Source: Felis catus (taxonomy: Eukaryota). From it: a stretch of DNA of 64,000 nt. The stretch is from assembly GCF_018350175.1 (NCBI RefSeq), contig NC_058368.1, positions 222,892,001 through 222,956,000 of the forward strand, in the 5' to 3' direction. The notes under the pieces were generated by a model that saw only the letters and a program-made list of their open reading frames with translations, did not search any database and was not told the origin of the DNA. Both the position numbers and the translations under genes were made by a program. Positions 1-12,185 of this stretch are shown one piece after another (positions within the stretch are counted from its first letter, which is position 1; every line of letters starts with the position of its first letter).

Positions 1-27
1 AAAAAAACAAAGAATACTATCAGTGCT

Positions 28-28
28 T

Positions 29-80
<52 letters not shown>

Positions 81-110
81 TCTCTTTCTCTTTCTCTCTG
101 TCTCTCTCTC
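28..110. repeat. (CT)n microsatellite
   Basis: Visible ctct run with a few interruptions. Confidence 0.95.
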
Positions 111-982
111 CACTCCTTTATTTTTTTTTCCTCTCACTCTCTCTGCCTGTATTTGCTATCATATTATTTTTCCATCATCTCCTTTTTCTGCTCTCTTCTC
201 CAAGGTCAAAATACATATACATTTCCAAGTTAAATGTAGGGCTCTAATTAGTGCCTTATCTCATTACAAAACCATGGAATTTTCAATTAATTCAAATTTC
301 ATAAACTTGACAAGCTTCTATTAAGGGAAATAACTGCTTCAAATTAGCACCATGATCTTCACTAAATTTGAGTAATTATGTGTATTCTGCAAAATAAAAT
401 TTGCGTTTTTTTAATGAAACAACAGTAGCCACTGTTGGAATAATCTGAATAATGTGATATTATGATATTTATTTACAACTGTAATGTCATAATCACTTGG
501 CTATAGTGTGGTAAGAGAACTCAAATTGCTACTTTCGACTATTTCTTAACATCATCATTTTCTTGCCTTTTTAGATCATTTGCATAAATTCACCTCATTG
601 ATGTTGTTTGCATAGACTCACAAATTCCCAAAAAATAAAAATTGAATAAGGTTGAAACTAAAGGAATACATAATTTTCACAAAGAAAAAAAGGCCATATC
701 ATATATGGCAAATGTATTAAAACTTAAAAATGTCTCATTCAACCACCCTGTTTTATTAAAAACAAAACTGAATTCCTTTTGGGTTGAGGAGTCTTGTCAA
801 ATTTTATACTGCCAGTTAGAAGAGTCAAGGTTGATTGCCTTTCCATTCTAAAGTTTGTCTTAGTTGTGCCATGCTTATCCACCTGTTACTTATTCATTCA
901 GCAAATGTCTGCTGAGGCTAATACATGTCTGTTGATAATCTTATCTTTGGGGATAGAATTGTTACCAACAAAGAACAATGAC

Positions 983-990
983 AAAAAGGA

Positions 991-1066
<76 letters not shown>

Positions 1067-1081
1067 GAAAGGAAGGAAGAA

Positions 1082-1153
<72 letters not shown>

Positions 1154-1197
1154 AAAGAAAGAAAGAAAAGAAAGAAAAGAAAGAAAGAAAGGAAGGA

Positions 1198-1241
<44 letters not shown>

Positions 1242-1244
1242 AAA
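983..1244. repeat. Compound (GAAA)n tetranucleotide repeat forming an uninterrupted polypurine tract
   Basis: GAAA units with GGAA/GAAAA variants; no pyrimidine from 983 to 1244. Confidence 0.97.
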
Positions 1245-1271
1245 CAAATAAAAAAACAAAAAAGCTATGCA

Positions 1272-1690
1272 TGTAAGGAGATTTCATTCTCTTCAGAAGC
1301 AGAGATAGTAAACAGACCAAAAAAAGAGACAGTGTTTAGCTCAGCCAGTCCCCAGCACACGCCAAGGAGCACACACCCAAGAAGACAGGCTCACACGAGG
1401 GAACTGGACAGTAGCAGAGTCTCAGTGAGGATCTGGGGGGGTGAGGGTCACAAGCACGGGGAATTTCACGTGCAGAATCCACAGGTGGGAAGGAGATGTC
1501 GTTTTGGAGAAATAAAATGTTGCCAGGTGTGGTACAGGATGTCAGGAGACAGAGCTTGGGAGTGAAGCCAGCAGATACCGGGACAGGGACAGCGGAAGAG
1601 AACGGTGCCCTCCTCCTGGGAGTTTGCCTTGAGACACTCGGTACATTGTGGTGTTTTTAATAGAGTTGGGTGGGGCTAGGTGTGCAAGTG
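1272..1690 (-). other. GC/CpG-richer segment, possibly an LTR remnant
   Basis: Abrupt rise in GC and CpG; minus strand has TATA-like ctattaaaaa and ends ...tccttaca; family not recognised. Confidence 0.3.
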
Positions 1691-1939
1691 AAAATAAAGG
1701 ACCAGAGTAAAGCAGAAATCAAGACTTTTTGCAAATTCTTTTTCCTGAATATATTAAAATAATTGTATATGTGTATAATGATATTTTTGTATCAGATAAG
1801 CACCCATTGCTTACATTAACAAAGTGTCTATTGTTGTAGGTACCTATTATTCTGTTTCATGTTAGTTTGGGAAGGCAATAGACCATTATTCATGAAGAAT
1901 AAACTTGTGAAATACTTTTTCAGTTTGTTTTCTTTTAAA

Positions 1940-2154
1940 TTTTTGTTTAATGTTTATTTATTTTTGAGAGAGAGAGAGAGAGAGAAAACATGAGCGGGGC
2001 AGGGGCAGAGAGAGAGGGAGACACAGAATCTGAAGCAGGCTCCAGGCTCTGAGCTGTCAGCACAGAGCCCAATGCAGGGCTCGAACCCACGAACGGTGAG
2101 ATCATACCTGAGCCGAAGTCACATGGTTTCACAACGGAGCCACCCAGGTATCCC
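1940..2154 (-). mobile_element. CanSINE
   Basis: Reverse-complement head (gagccacccaggtatccc), (GA)n linker, T-rich tail. Confidence 0.95.
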
Positions 2155-2748
2155 TCAGGTTTTTTTTTTTTTTTCAATAGATTTCTGAACATTTTTCTGC
2201 AAGTTCATCTGGGAATTATTAGATGTTAGAGTTATTAGATTTTAACAATAATTTATAGACACTGCTGTATGCTACTATATATTAATTTGTAGAATACAAC
2301 TTAGTATATTCAGAGAGCTGAGTGTTAATAAAAATATCAATTTAGACAAGAGTTAACAATATGGTTTCCTAAATTTGTAAAAAGAGCGCTGTCATAGGAT
2401 TATCATTAATCCTAAAAGCTTAAGCTCTGAGGTATATTTTTCTCCAAATAAAGCAAAGGAATAAAATCAGGATTGCAAACTGCTCATAATGGCCAATGAG
2501 GCACGGAAACCACAAGTACATTACGTGCTTGAAGAGCTTAAGGATGGCGGGGCACAGATTTTATATTATTGAATAAACTACATGGTAATAAAAGGTTGAG
2601 GTGTTTGACCTGTTTTTTTTTTTTTTTTAGAAGAGTAGCCACCTAAATACAAATAACCAAAAAGAAGTGGGCAAAGTGAGTTCAGCTTTGTAGTACTTTC
2701 ACCATTTATAATGTATTTCATTAAGCATTTAATATATTCCCTTATTCA

Positions 2749-2972
2749 GGGGCGCCTGGGTGGCGCAGTCGGTTAAGCGTCCGACTTCAGCCAGGTCACG
2801 ATCTCGCGGTCCGTGAGTTCGAGCCCCGCGTCGGGCTCTGGGCTGATGGCTCAGAGCCTGGAGCCTGTTTCGGATTCTGTGTCTCCCTCTCTCTCTGACC
2901 CTCCCCCGTTCATGCTCTGTCTCTCTCTGTCCCAAAAATAAATAAACGATGAAAAAAAAATTAAGAAAAAAA
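2749..2972 (+). mobile_element. Young felid CanSINE (SINEC_Fc-type), full length
   Basis: ggggcgcctgggtggcgcagtcgg head, A box 2761-2772, B box 2815-2825, CpGs intact, perfect 18-bp target-site duplication (TSD) aatatattcccttattca at 2731-2748 and 2973-2990. Confidence 0.98.
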
Positions 2973-3454
2973 AATATATTCCCTTATTCAATTCACTGAA
3001 AAGTGAAGCAATTTCCTTAATTTGCACAATTTTACAAGACGGCATCATAATGCACATTTAGATTCCTTTGGATTCAGTGCCCATGTTGCTTTTACTATGT
3101 CACAGTAGATGACCCAGATTGAAAAACAAACCAAAAATAAGCAGAGTGAAGACATGTATGTGCATAAAGAGGGATAAAAGAGAAAGTAGATAGAAACCCT
3201 AGAATCCAATGCAATGAAAGGAAAATTTTCATTTTTTTCCCCAGAAACTGAAGTTAAAGATACCAAGCCTGTGGGACTAATGATTTGCTGAAATGGCACT
3301 GGTTGTATAGGGATGCAAGCTGAATCATCAGCAGTGATTTAACAAACATGGAATAGATGTTTCAAAACTATTGCTACCTGGCTATGGTTTCTCAAAGTAT
3401 GCCAGGAAACCTCATGTGAGTTGAGTAAAATAACTATCAACAAGTGACAGGAGA

Positions 3455-3666
3455 GGGGCGCCTGGGTGACTTAGTCCAACTTCGAGTCAGGTCATGATCT
3501 CATGGCTAGTGAGTTCGAGTTCCCACGTCGGGCTCTGTGCTGACAGTTCAGAGCCTGGAACCTGCTTCGGGTTCTGTCTCCCTCTCTCTGCCCCTCCCCC
3601 ACTCACACTCTGTCTTTTTCTTTCTCTATCTCAAAAAGTTTTAAAAAATGTAAAAAATTTAAAAAA
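3455..3666 (+). mobile_element. CanSINE with a small deletion in the head
   Basis: ggggcgcctgggtg head, gagttcgag B box, CT linker, A-rich tail. Confidence 0.93.
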
Positions 3667-4246
3667 TGAAGTGGTGGGAGACATTTCTGCTGTGCTTCAG
3701 TCTGTCACATGTCCCATATGTGGTGATAAGTACATTTCTTATATTTCTTTTCTATAATTTAGGCATCAGTTTTATTGTTTTCAGTTATTGTCCAATAGGA
3801 AAAAAAAATCTAGGAATCATATTCACAATTCAATCATCATGTGAGATGTGGATTTTGATTTTATGTAATTTTTTTCTTTAAGATTTTAAAAATTCTTTTT
3901 GTTGTTATTGTTAGTATCAAGAACATCAATTTAATTTTTGGATGTTTGCATATATTATTTTGTTGGACAACATACTATAGAAACTAGGGCATGGATGTTT
4001 CTTGTATTTTTACACAGTTAGTCCCCTGACCTAGGCTGGTGTAAGTTGGTATAAGGTGGAGAGGCAGAAATGAAGGGAAAGAGGAAATACATCTATTTGC
4101 CCAATGCAGGATTCCATATGCTCTTTTCTCTTTCTTCTTTCAATACTTAAACAAGACAGTTCTCTTTACAAGTTATACGAGATAGAACATCATCAAGCAA
4201 GTCAACTTGTTATAATATTTACCCTAAGAAGTTTGGACCTAAGCAG

Positions 4247-4250
<4 letters not shown>

Positions 4251-4293
<43 letters not shown>
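4251..4293. repeat. (TG)n microsatellite
   Basis: Visible run. Confidence 0.97.
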
Positions 4294-4295
<2 letters not shown>

Positions 4296-4643
4296 ATGTG
4301 TGTGTTTAGGTTTCTTATAAATGCTCCACATTCTATGGCACTTCATTTAACATTTTAGATTAGAGTCAACCTTCTAACCAATGTGTCATAGCTAAATCAG
4401 TCCCCTTTTGTATTGCTCCTACGTGTGATAGTCCCAACTCTGTGTGGTTTATAAGATATCTGTGATCACTGTGATAATAGACTTTCATGTACAACAAAGA
4501 AATCATCTACATCATAGAGAGAAAGGCATGTAATTATCTCTTTGGGGCTACATTTGCCTGTGGAATTTTATGGCTGAGGTACAACTGCTTTGTCACTATT
4601 CAAGGGAAAGTGATTTAGTACACCGTATTCTCAGACCTTTATG

Positions 4644-4647
<4 letters not shown>

Positions 4648-4688
<41 letters not shown>
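4648..4688. repeat. (TA)n microsatellite
   Basis: Visible run. Confidence 0.97.
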
Positions 4689-4692
<4 letters not shown>

Positions 4693-5689
4693 AAATAGGA
4701 CTTTCCTGGTAACTTCATTGTTGCTTTCTAACGCTTGTTTAAGTACTTGTTTTCATCATATTTTAGTTATTCTTGGTGTTTTCAAAGCTTATTAAATGAG
4801 TGTGATCATTTCCCCTCCCTGTTTTCATTTCTATACAAACACACACATACACAAAAAATACTTTCGAAATACAACAGAAAACCTCTTTTTGACTTTCCAA
4901 CCATACGAACTTAACAGATTTAAACTCTGTAAACAGCTTTCTGTGAAATGGTGTTTGAAAATCGGTCCACAAAAGCAGCAGCCTTCAAAGACGCAAATAA
5001 ACAACTCCAGGCATTTGTGATGTATACACTTTGAAAGAAACAAACAAACAAACAACTTTCATCTTAATGTGCATTTTTCGACTAAAAACCTCAATTTAGC
5101 TAAAGGCCATAAAAATAAGTGTTTTTACTTCCAGATTAAATAGATCCAACTTTCACTGATGTTTATATACATGAAAATGTGAATGTTGAAAATTAATGTC
5201 AAACTGACCTCATCATTTTGAAAAAGTAAAAGAGAGACCAGATTGTGTCCATGGAGACTGTCCTGGTGAGGAACATTTTGTGAGTATTAGGGAGAGTTCT
5301 TGAATAATGATCATACTGTATCCTATCTTTTGGTTATGGCTTGAGGTACCTGTTACTTAATGTGAAAAAAGTAAACATCAAGAAAAAGGAAAAATTGTTT
5401 AGTTCCTTTTTTGGCTTCCATTTTACAAATAACTTTTACCTTCCAATTTGTAGTCAATTTACGTACATGAAATACAATGCAGGTAGCTCATTTTAATCTC
5501 TTAAGGCATTACTTCTTTCTTATCCTTAGCATGTGTGAATTAGATGATGTTCTCTCTAGTGTGTTTCTAAGTTGAATTTGTATGACTGTTTAGGGTTTTG
5601 TTTTCTTTGATGTGAAAAAATTTGCAAACATCATATTGCATGGTGGATGTCTCTCATTCATAAATTATATGAGACAAGTTATTATCATA

Positions 5690-6265
5690 TCTTCCCTGAG
5701 CTACGCCAGTAGGCTAACAGATCTCTTCATACCTTCTCTGTCCCCTGAGTTCTATTCTTGACACTAAAGCCCAAACGATATTTAAAAACATAAACTCATT
5801 CATGTAACTCTCCTGCCCTAGTCACCTCAATGGATTCTCCATTGTTCTTAGGATACAAGGCTCCATGTCATTCCATACTCTCCTTGAATTTGCCCTTTAG
5901 CCACACTGGATTCCTTCTTTTGCATTCTTTTAAGTTGCCATGCATCTCCTGCTAAATGATTTATTCTATTATATAGCTTAATGTAATTTTTCAGGAAATT
6001 CATCCCTGATCCCTGAGACTAGAATTGAGCTCTGTGTTACATGTTCCCAATACATCTTGCATTTTCCTTATAACAATTAGAGTTGGAAAATATATAACCA
6101 GATGATAATTTGAGTCATTCTTTTGCTGCAACTAGACTGTAAGCTCAATGAAGGCAATGACCTTGTTTTTTTGTTTTGTTTTGTTTGTTTTGTTTTGCTT
6201 ATGCTTTTGTTCCCAATGCCAATAAAATTGATGAAAACAGTAAGGAATCTTTCTTAATAATGAAT
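5690..6265 (+). mobile_element. L2 LINE 3' fragment (ancient)
   Basis: L2-like motifs catgtaactctcctgcc...ctcaatgg, tagccacactgga and ctagactgtaagctcaatgaaggca. Confidence 0.7.
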
Positions 6266-7998
6266 CTTACATAAGTGCATAACATTAAACCTTATGATCC
6301 TATGTTTCTATACAGATTTGTGAAGAAAATCTGAAACACTTCTAACTTGGGGCTTGAACATTTCTAACTTTTTTTATTTTTCAAAAATGCGTATTTTATG
6401 ATTTTTTCTCTTATATATTACCACTATTTTATGTAGACTTTTCAAAGAGCTAAGTGATTCCCAAAGCAATGGAGAAAGTTAGCACATGCTTAGACTTTTA
6501 GGAAAGGTTTATTATATAATATTATAAAACTTATGATGTGTTAGAGAAAGCCTCAAATAAGCATTGATAGGGAGGGCATTTGGAACATAAGTAATAATAT
6601 TAAACAATAATATACAAGCTAGATAATTCATCATATTCAGCCATAAATTACATTTGCAGTGTGATTTAATAATTGTCTTTTGTACAAATCTATAATAAGT
6701 ATATTTCAGACACATGATAATATGACAACCCCAGGGTTCATTACTGAAATGTAATTGCACTGTCACATTGCATTTCTTTTAAATGATTGTCTCCTCTGCT
6801 TTGCCTGCACTTGGAACCTTTATAGGCGTGAACACAGTTGATGTCATAGAAAAAAATGGAGTTATTATCGTGTGCTTGAGCAACTCAATTCCTGTTCTAC
6901 AATGAGAAGTCTGAGAAGAGACAAGGGCCAAAGCCACGTGGCTTCTTCTGGAATAAGTTATCTGCATGTTTGGTATCTGTAGCCCTGCCTGATGCCTTGA
7001 GACCTTTAATAGACTCAAAGACGCAGGAGAAGTTGGAAGTAACTATCATAAAAAATGTTTTTCCTCTACTGTCCCCCACTAAATGCTTTTATAACCTCTC
7101 TTTGACTAACACACTTTAATTGTGAGCAAGCTCACAATTGAAGACTTCTCTAGACACGTGAGCTACTTAGACCTTAGAATACTGGTACACCTTCATGTTT
7201 TTCGCTTAACAACAAAGAACCAAGGACCCTCTCCACTTCTTCCCTTCACCTTGCATATAAAGTTTGCCTTGTTGTTTGTGTAGAAAATCATATGTAAATA
7301 AGTGTGAGTTACGAATCATGCTGATTCTCAAGTAATTCTCATTTTGGAGTTATTTAAAAAAATCAATTATGTCAAATCTAGGTAGGTGCTTTGAAATATA
7401 AACAGTAACACATCACACACTGAACTTCATGCTCTGCCTACAGGGCACAATACACACATTGAGCAAAAGATGTTTAAGAAATTCTTCATCCCTACTGTCT
7501 AAACACACCTCTGTGGCTCACCCTCGGTCCTCTTGAGCTTGGCAGTAGAAAGTTCTCCATACCAGAAAATTGGCGAGATTCATGGTTTAACTGCCTCCTC
7601 AATTAGAATTCTCTTAATACAGACAGTGTATTTGATTTACTGGAGCGATACAGCTTCTTGACATTTCAAATCATTCACGTCTCAAACTAATTTAGTGTTG
7701 AATTAAAGTGCATGGTCTTTAACACATATAGCAATTAGATGAGGCAAATCATAGCAGCAGAGAATCAAAAGCCAACAGTGTAGGGAAGGATGGCAGATTA
7801 GGAGAATTGAACTAAAAAAGATACCTGTGTGCCAAAGATTGTTTGCTTTTGAGAATTTAAATGCCAAGTAATTTCTAAGGAACATTCTTGACAATACATC
7901 ACCTCCCCTGCCAACTATAACTGCTACTCCTACTATTAGTAACAATAACATTATCAACTATTATTTTGGTAGAGAAGGAATTAAAGATATGAAAAAGA

Positions 7999-8198
7999 TG
8001 GGTGGTTCAATCTGTTAGGCATCCGATTTCAGCTCAGGTCATGATCTCACAATTCGTGAGTTCGACCCCCGCATGAGGCTCGTGCTAACAGCTCAGAGCC
8101 TGGACCTGCTTCGGATTCCGTGTCTCCTGCTCTCGCTGCCCCTCCCCCACTTGCAGTCTATCTCTCTCTCAAAAATAAATAAACATTAAATTTTTTAA
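7999..8198 (+). mobile_element. CanSINE, slightly 5' truncated
   Basis: gctcaggtcatgatctc, gagttcga B box, aaaataaataaac tail. Confidence 0.93.
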
Positions 8199-8423
8199 AT
8201 GTGAAAAACATAAGATTGCCATAAACTATGGCCATGATTTTATAAATACAAATATTTAACACCCAAGCGTCAGATGTCAAAAACTTAGATTAAAAGAGAG
8301 TTCTTAATTAATTGAAACATGTTTCACCTGCTTTCCTCTACTACTTGATTCCCACAGGCTAGAGAAAACTGCAATCAGAAGCGGCATCTGTCTGGACAGA
8401 CTTTCAAAAACTAAGGTTCCACG

Positions 8424-8549
8424 TAGCGGTCTCCAAAAATTGATTGCACTCAATCTTATTTAATCAGCAAGAGATTTAACAAGCTCGCCAATACATGTAT
8501 ATTTGTAATGATAAATTAGATATATACTGTATACTTACACATACTTACA

Positions 8550-8593
<44 letters not shown>

Positions 8594-8755
8594 ACACATA
8601 CTGTATATGGACATATTACACAAATCAAACAGCATAGACCAAAGTAGAAGTGTTAAAATGAGGAAATGAAATGAATAGAAGTTGAAGTTTTAATATGTTT
8701 CCCTGCACATAGTGGAAAATTCCTCTGTTGTGCCCAACCCAATTCAGAGACTGGC
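8424..8755. mobile_element. Non-autonomous hAT-Charlie DNA transposon (Charlie4-like) with internal (CA)n
   Basis: Ends tagcggtctccaaa and ttcagagactgg resemble Charlie terminal inverted repeats; AT-rich core resembles recalled consensus. Confidence 0.5.
8552..8600. repeat. (CA)n microsatellite
   Basis: Visible run. Confidence 0.96.
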
Positions 8756-9544
8756 CTGTCCAATGACTCTGCTCTTACCTTTTGAGATAAAGCAAGTATC
8801 ATGCTTCTCAAAGATGCCCATGGGAGGACACATGGTAGAATTGGAAGTCTCCAATCAGGCTAAAGGAACCACATCAACCTATATATAATTAGCCATTTCT
8901 GTGTTTTCTACCTTTCTTTGTCAGGCTCCTAAACAGTCCTCGAGTATCTATCTCCCTTGGTTTTCTTTATTAAGGTGAATGATGTGTGTTCAGATTAATA
9001 TAGTAGCGATTTTCACTTTCATTTGTTCTGCATATTCTGTATTCTATGGAAGCATTAATTCTGTTGTGGCTGTATGTCTGAGTTGGGGATAAAAATGTGT
9101 TTTAAAATAAATTTGCTTGTTTAAAATAATTTATTTTAATGAAGAAGAGTCTTGTTGAATGGTAATACATAACATAAATTGAGGACAAAGTAAAATTTTA
9201 GGACCCAGTATAGTTCAAAAGCACAGTCATCTCATAGATTATATGTACATTATTTTTGTTAGACCTATTGTTGTTCTATTAGTTAGGGAGTCTAGCCTAT
9301 TGTGAAAATGAAGACAGTCTGTGGAGATTTTATATTCTTTTGATGGCTGAACCATTTATTCTTGGGGATATGTGAAATCTCATCATCTAAGGGTTACATG
9401 AAAATGTCCTTTCTCTCCTTTCTTGTCAATGGCGGTAACTTGAAACAGGCTTAGTCCCAACCTGCCCTAAAATTATGTTAAAAATTGTCTTCCCAAAGAC
9501 TAGTGTGGCAATAGCTTCTAGGTGGAAAAAATATATGCTGTCTT

Positions 9545-9748
9545 GGGGGTGCCTGGGTGGCTCAGTCAATTAAGTGTCTGACTTAAACTCAGGTCATGAT
9601 CTCATGGTTCACGAGTTCAAACCTGGTGTCGGGCTCTGTGCTGACAGCTTAGAGTCTGGGACCTGCTTCGGATTCTGTGTCTCCCTGTCTCTCGGCCCCT
9701 CCCTGTTCACCCTCTGTCTGTCTCTCTCTCTCTCTTAAAAAAAAACAT
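9545..9748 (+). mobile_element. CanSINE
   Basis: gggggtgcctgggtggctcagtc head, CT linker, A tail. Confidence 0.95.
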
Positions 9749-9983
9749 TATATATATATAATATATATACTATAATATATATAATAAATATAATATATAA
9801 TATATATTAATATATAATATATAATTAATATATATTAATTATATAATATATTAATTATATATGTTATATACATAATGTATAATATATAATATATAATTAT
9901 ATATATTAATTATATATAATATAATTAATATATATTAATTATATATAAATATATAAATATAAATATATAACATATTATATTAA
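9749..9983. repeat. AT-rich (TA)n-type low-complexity tract adjoining the SINE tail
   Basis: About 235 bp almost entirely A/T, with internal palindromes. Confidence 0.95.
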
Positions 9984-11999
9984 TGTGGAGATAGGTAGCA
10001 GGGAAAGATGGAAAAAGATGGATATTCAAATATTTTATTTCCTTCAGGGAAATATATGCACATATAATTTAAACTACACGGAGATGTCTGTATGGCTTAG
10101 ATTCTATAATATTTCCAGATTTCTAAGGAAAAAAATGTGTGAATGAATTAGTTTGGGAGAATCCTAGTTCTATGGACCAGTATGGAGCTTACACTTTCCT
10201 GCTCCAGAATCTGAGACTCAGTTACCCTAACAGGAAAGATCCAGAAGAGTTTCAGCCTTCTGTTGCAGACTTGAAAAACAAAACCAAAAACAAATCCAAA
10301 ACAAAAACAAAATCAAATGCAAATATTCCAAGAACATTCCTTCACCATATTGAACTTCAAATCCTGAGAGTTACTTGATTTTGTGAATTCACATGGAATA
10401 GTCTAATCTGCCTAAATATTAGTTTCAGAAAAATGCATTTTTTTACTCCATCTATATTAAGAGGATTTAATCTGTATGGTATTTCATCTAAAATACATTA
10501 TTTCTTAATTCTTTGCAAACCTAAGGTTTCCAGGTTATTGTTTTATATAACAGTGTACGAATAAATGTTGAGCCATGGGCACAGGTGTTCTCTGAACATT
10601 TTTATGTTTTACACCTTCTTGAAAAGAAATCTGCTAGAAATAACGTATGTCTTTTTGTTTGGTCGTTATTATTGTTGGATGTGTAGCTTATTTGGCATTT
10701 CTGGAACTTTAACTTGAGGAAATCGTATCCTCTCCTCCAGCCGCTTTGGCCAAATGGCTTGTAATCATCCTAGTAACTTCCACTTTGATGCTAAACTACA
10801 TTCAATTTTTCCAGAATCTGACAACTTGTCTGCATCAGCGTTTCTATTTGGAGTTGAGCCATCATTATCTCTCACTTTTAGAACGGTCTTACCTTCTTAA
10901 TGGGCCTTCATACTTTCTCTACTGCTCTCTTAGAATGTTCCAGAAGTCATGACATTTCATTTAAACTTATCTCAGACTCCCCTTGAATCTTCCATTTTTA
11001 TAGCAGGTACTAAAAATTACCTTGAGTTTTCTTTTATCATTCTTTGTAATATATCAGTTACATAAGTGAATATATTTCATTTAGTTATTGTATCTAATGT
11101 TTTCTGTGGAAAAAGAAACCCAAAAGTATATTTTCTAAATTAAATCTTTAATAGTGTTTTTTTTTTTGTTTGTTTGTTTGTTTTTTAAGTAGAGGTAACT
11201 GGGAGGTCTTATAAGAGAGATAGATAGCTTGCTTTTTCTCACCATGCAACTGAATTATGGCTTTTTTGAACATAACTATTTATTTACATGGTAACTTGAA
11301 AACTTAAACGAGTCTCAGTCCTGCCCACAATACACTCACTGTAGAGGTCAGCTAGTTTTCTAACCAGGCAAGTTCCATTCTTTTCTATTTTACTATGTGA
11401 AAACAAAAAACCAAAAACAACTACAGCTGATTAGCTTAGATGTCTATAGAATAATGGAGACTACAGTAATTGGGCAAGATAGATGCCTTCTACTTACTTA
11501 CCAGAATAAAATAGATATTGTCAAAGAAATTAATCTCAAACTCACTGCTACACAATTATTTTCCAGTGTCTGATTCAGAAGCCAGTCTGTAAGGAATCAT
11601 TTTATTCTATATTTTGTCCTGTCAAATTAACCACAAGACTTCCACAAGAGCTCCAGGGAAGTATTTATTCGGATTGCACAAACCCATATCTACCACCTAA
11701 CTCAAGCACCTCCCAAGTTGTCCTTAGAACTGATTTGTTATTGTTCACACTGAAAAATGTTTATAACAAAAAAGAGATGGGCTGCTGGATATATTCACCG
11801 TGGCAATGCTTTTGTGACTCTTTACCTTATACGGTGCCCAGGTTATGGAGACCCACGATTTGTGCGATTGGCCTGTTTTTATATTTTATATTATGGATAC
11901 TATGGCTCATTAAAGGGATTTGGTTTCTTTTGTTGCAATAAAAATTAAAGCCAAGATCATAGTCATCCTCTAGGAAAGAGTCTGAAGCCCTCTGTACTG

Positions 12000-12185
12000 C
12001 TTGAGATCATGCTTTGGAGTTAGACTTGCTAAACGTAAAAGCAGCCACCTGCCAGCAACCTGACCTTAGCTAGTGACTCATCCTTTCTATATGTCAGCTT
12101 CCTCATGCTACGTGAGCATAGCTCTTCTCTCAGAGGGAACTTGTCATGATTATATACGGCAGTTCTTGAAAATGTTTAAAATCAT
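12000..12185 (+). mobile_element. MIR
   Basis: gctttggagttagac...tgaccttagctagtgactc...tcagcttcctcat resembles the MIR core. Confidence 0.65.

Noticed and set aside
794..1565. Long K/E/R-rich and F/L/S-rich ORFs on both strands
   Set aside because: They are translations of the stop-free (GAAA)n repeat
2395..2414. Short hairpins such as taggatta-tcat-taatccta (others near 40967, 46271 and 50201)
   Set aside because: Arms of 6-11 bp, mostly AT-rich, are expected by chance in 64 kb and have no supporting context
2749..2830. tRNA-like A and B boxes
   Set aside because: They are SINE heads followed by a CT linker and A tail, not tRNA genes
2729..2935. Recurrent ORF MGQRETEHERGR...DCATQAP (also at 17463 and 51023), resembling a gene family
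   Set aside because: Antisense translation of young CanSINE copies
6779..7079. Overlapping minus-strand ORFs in unique sequence
   Set aside because: No recognisable protein similarity and no coherent splice-site pair
11502..11586. Minus-strand 85-nt segment between ttccttacAG and GTAAGT with one open frame
   Set aside because: Short polypyrimidine tract and unrecognised peptide; indistinguishable from a pseudo-exon without RNA data
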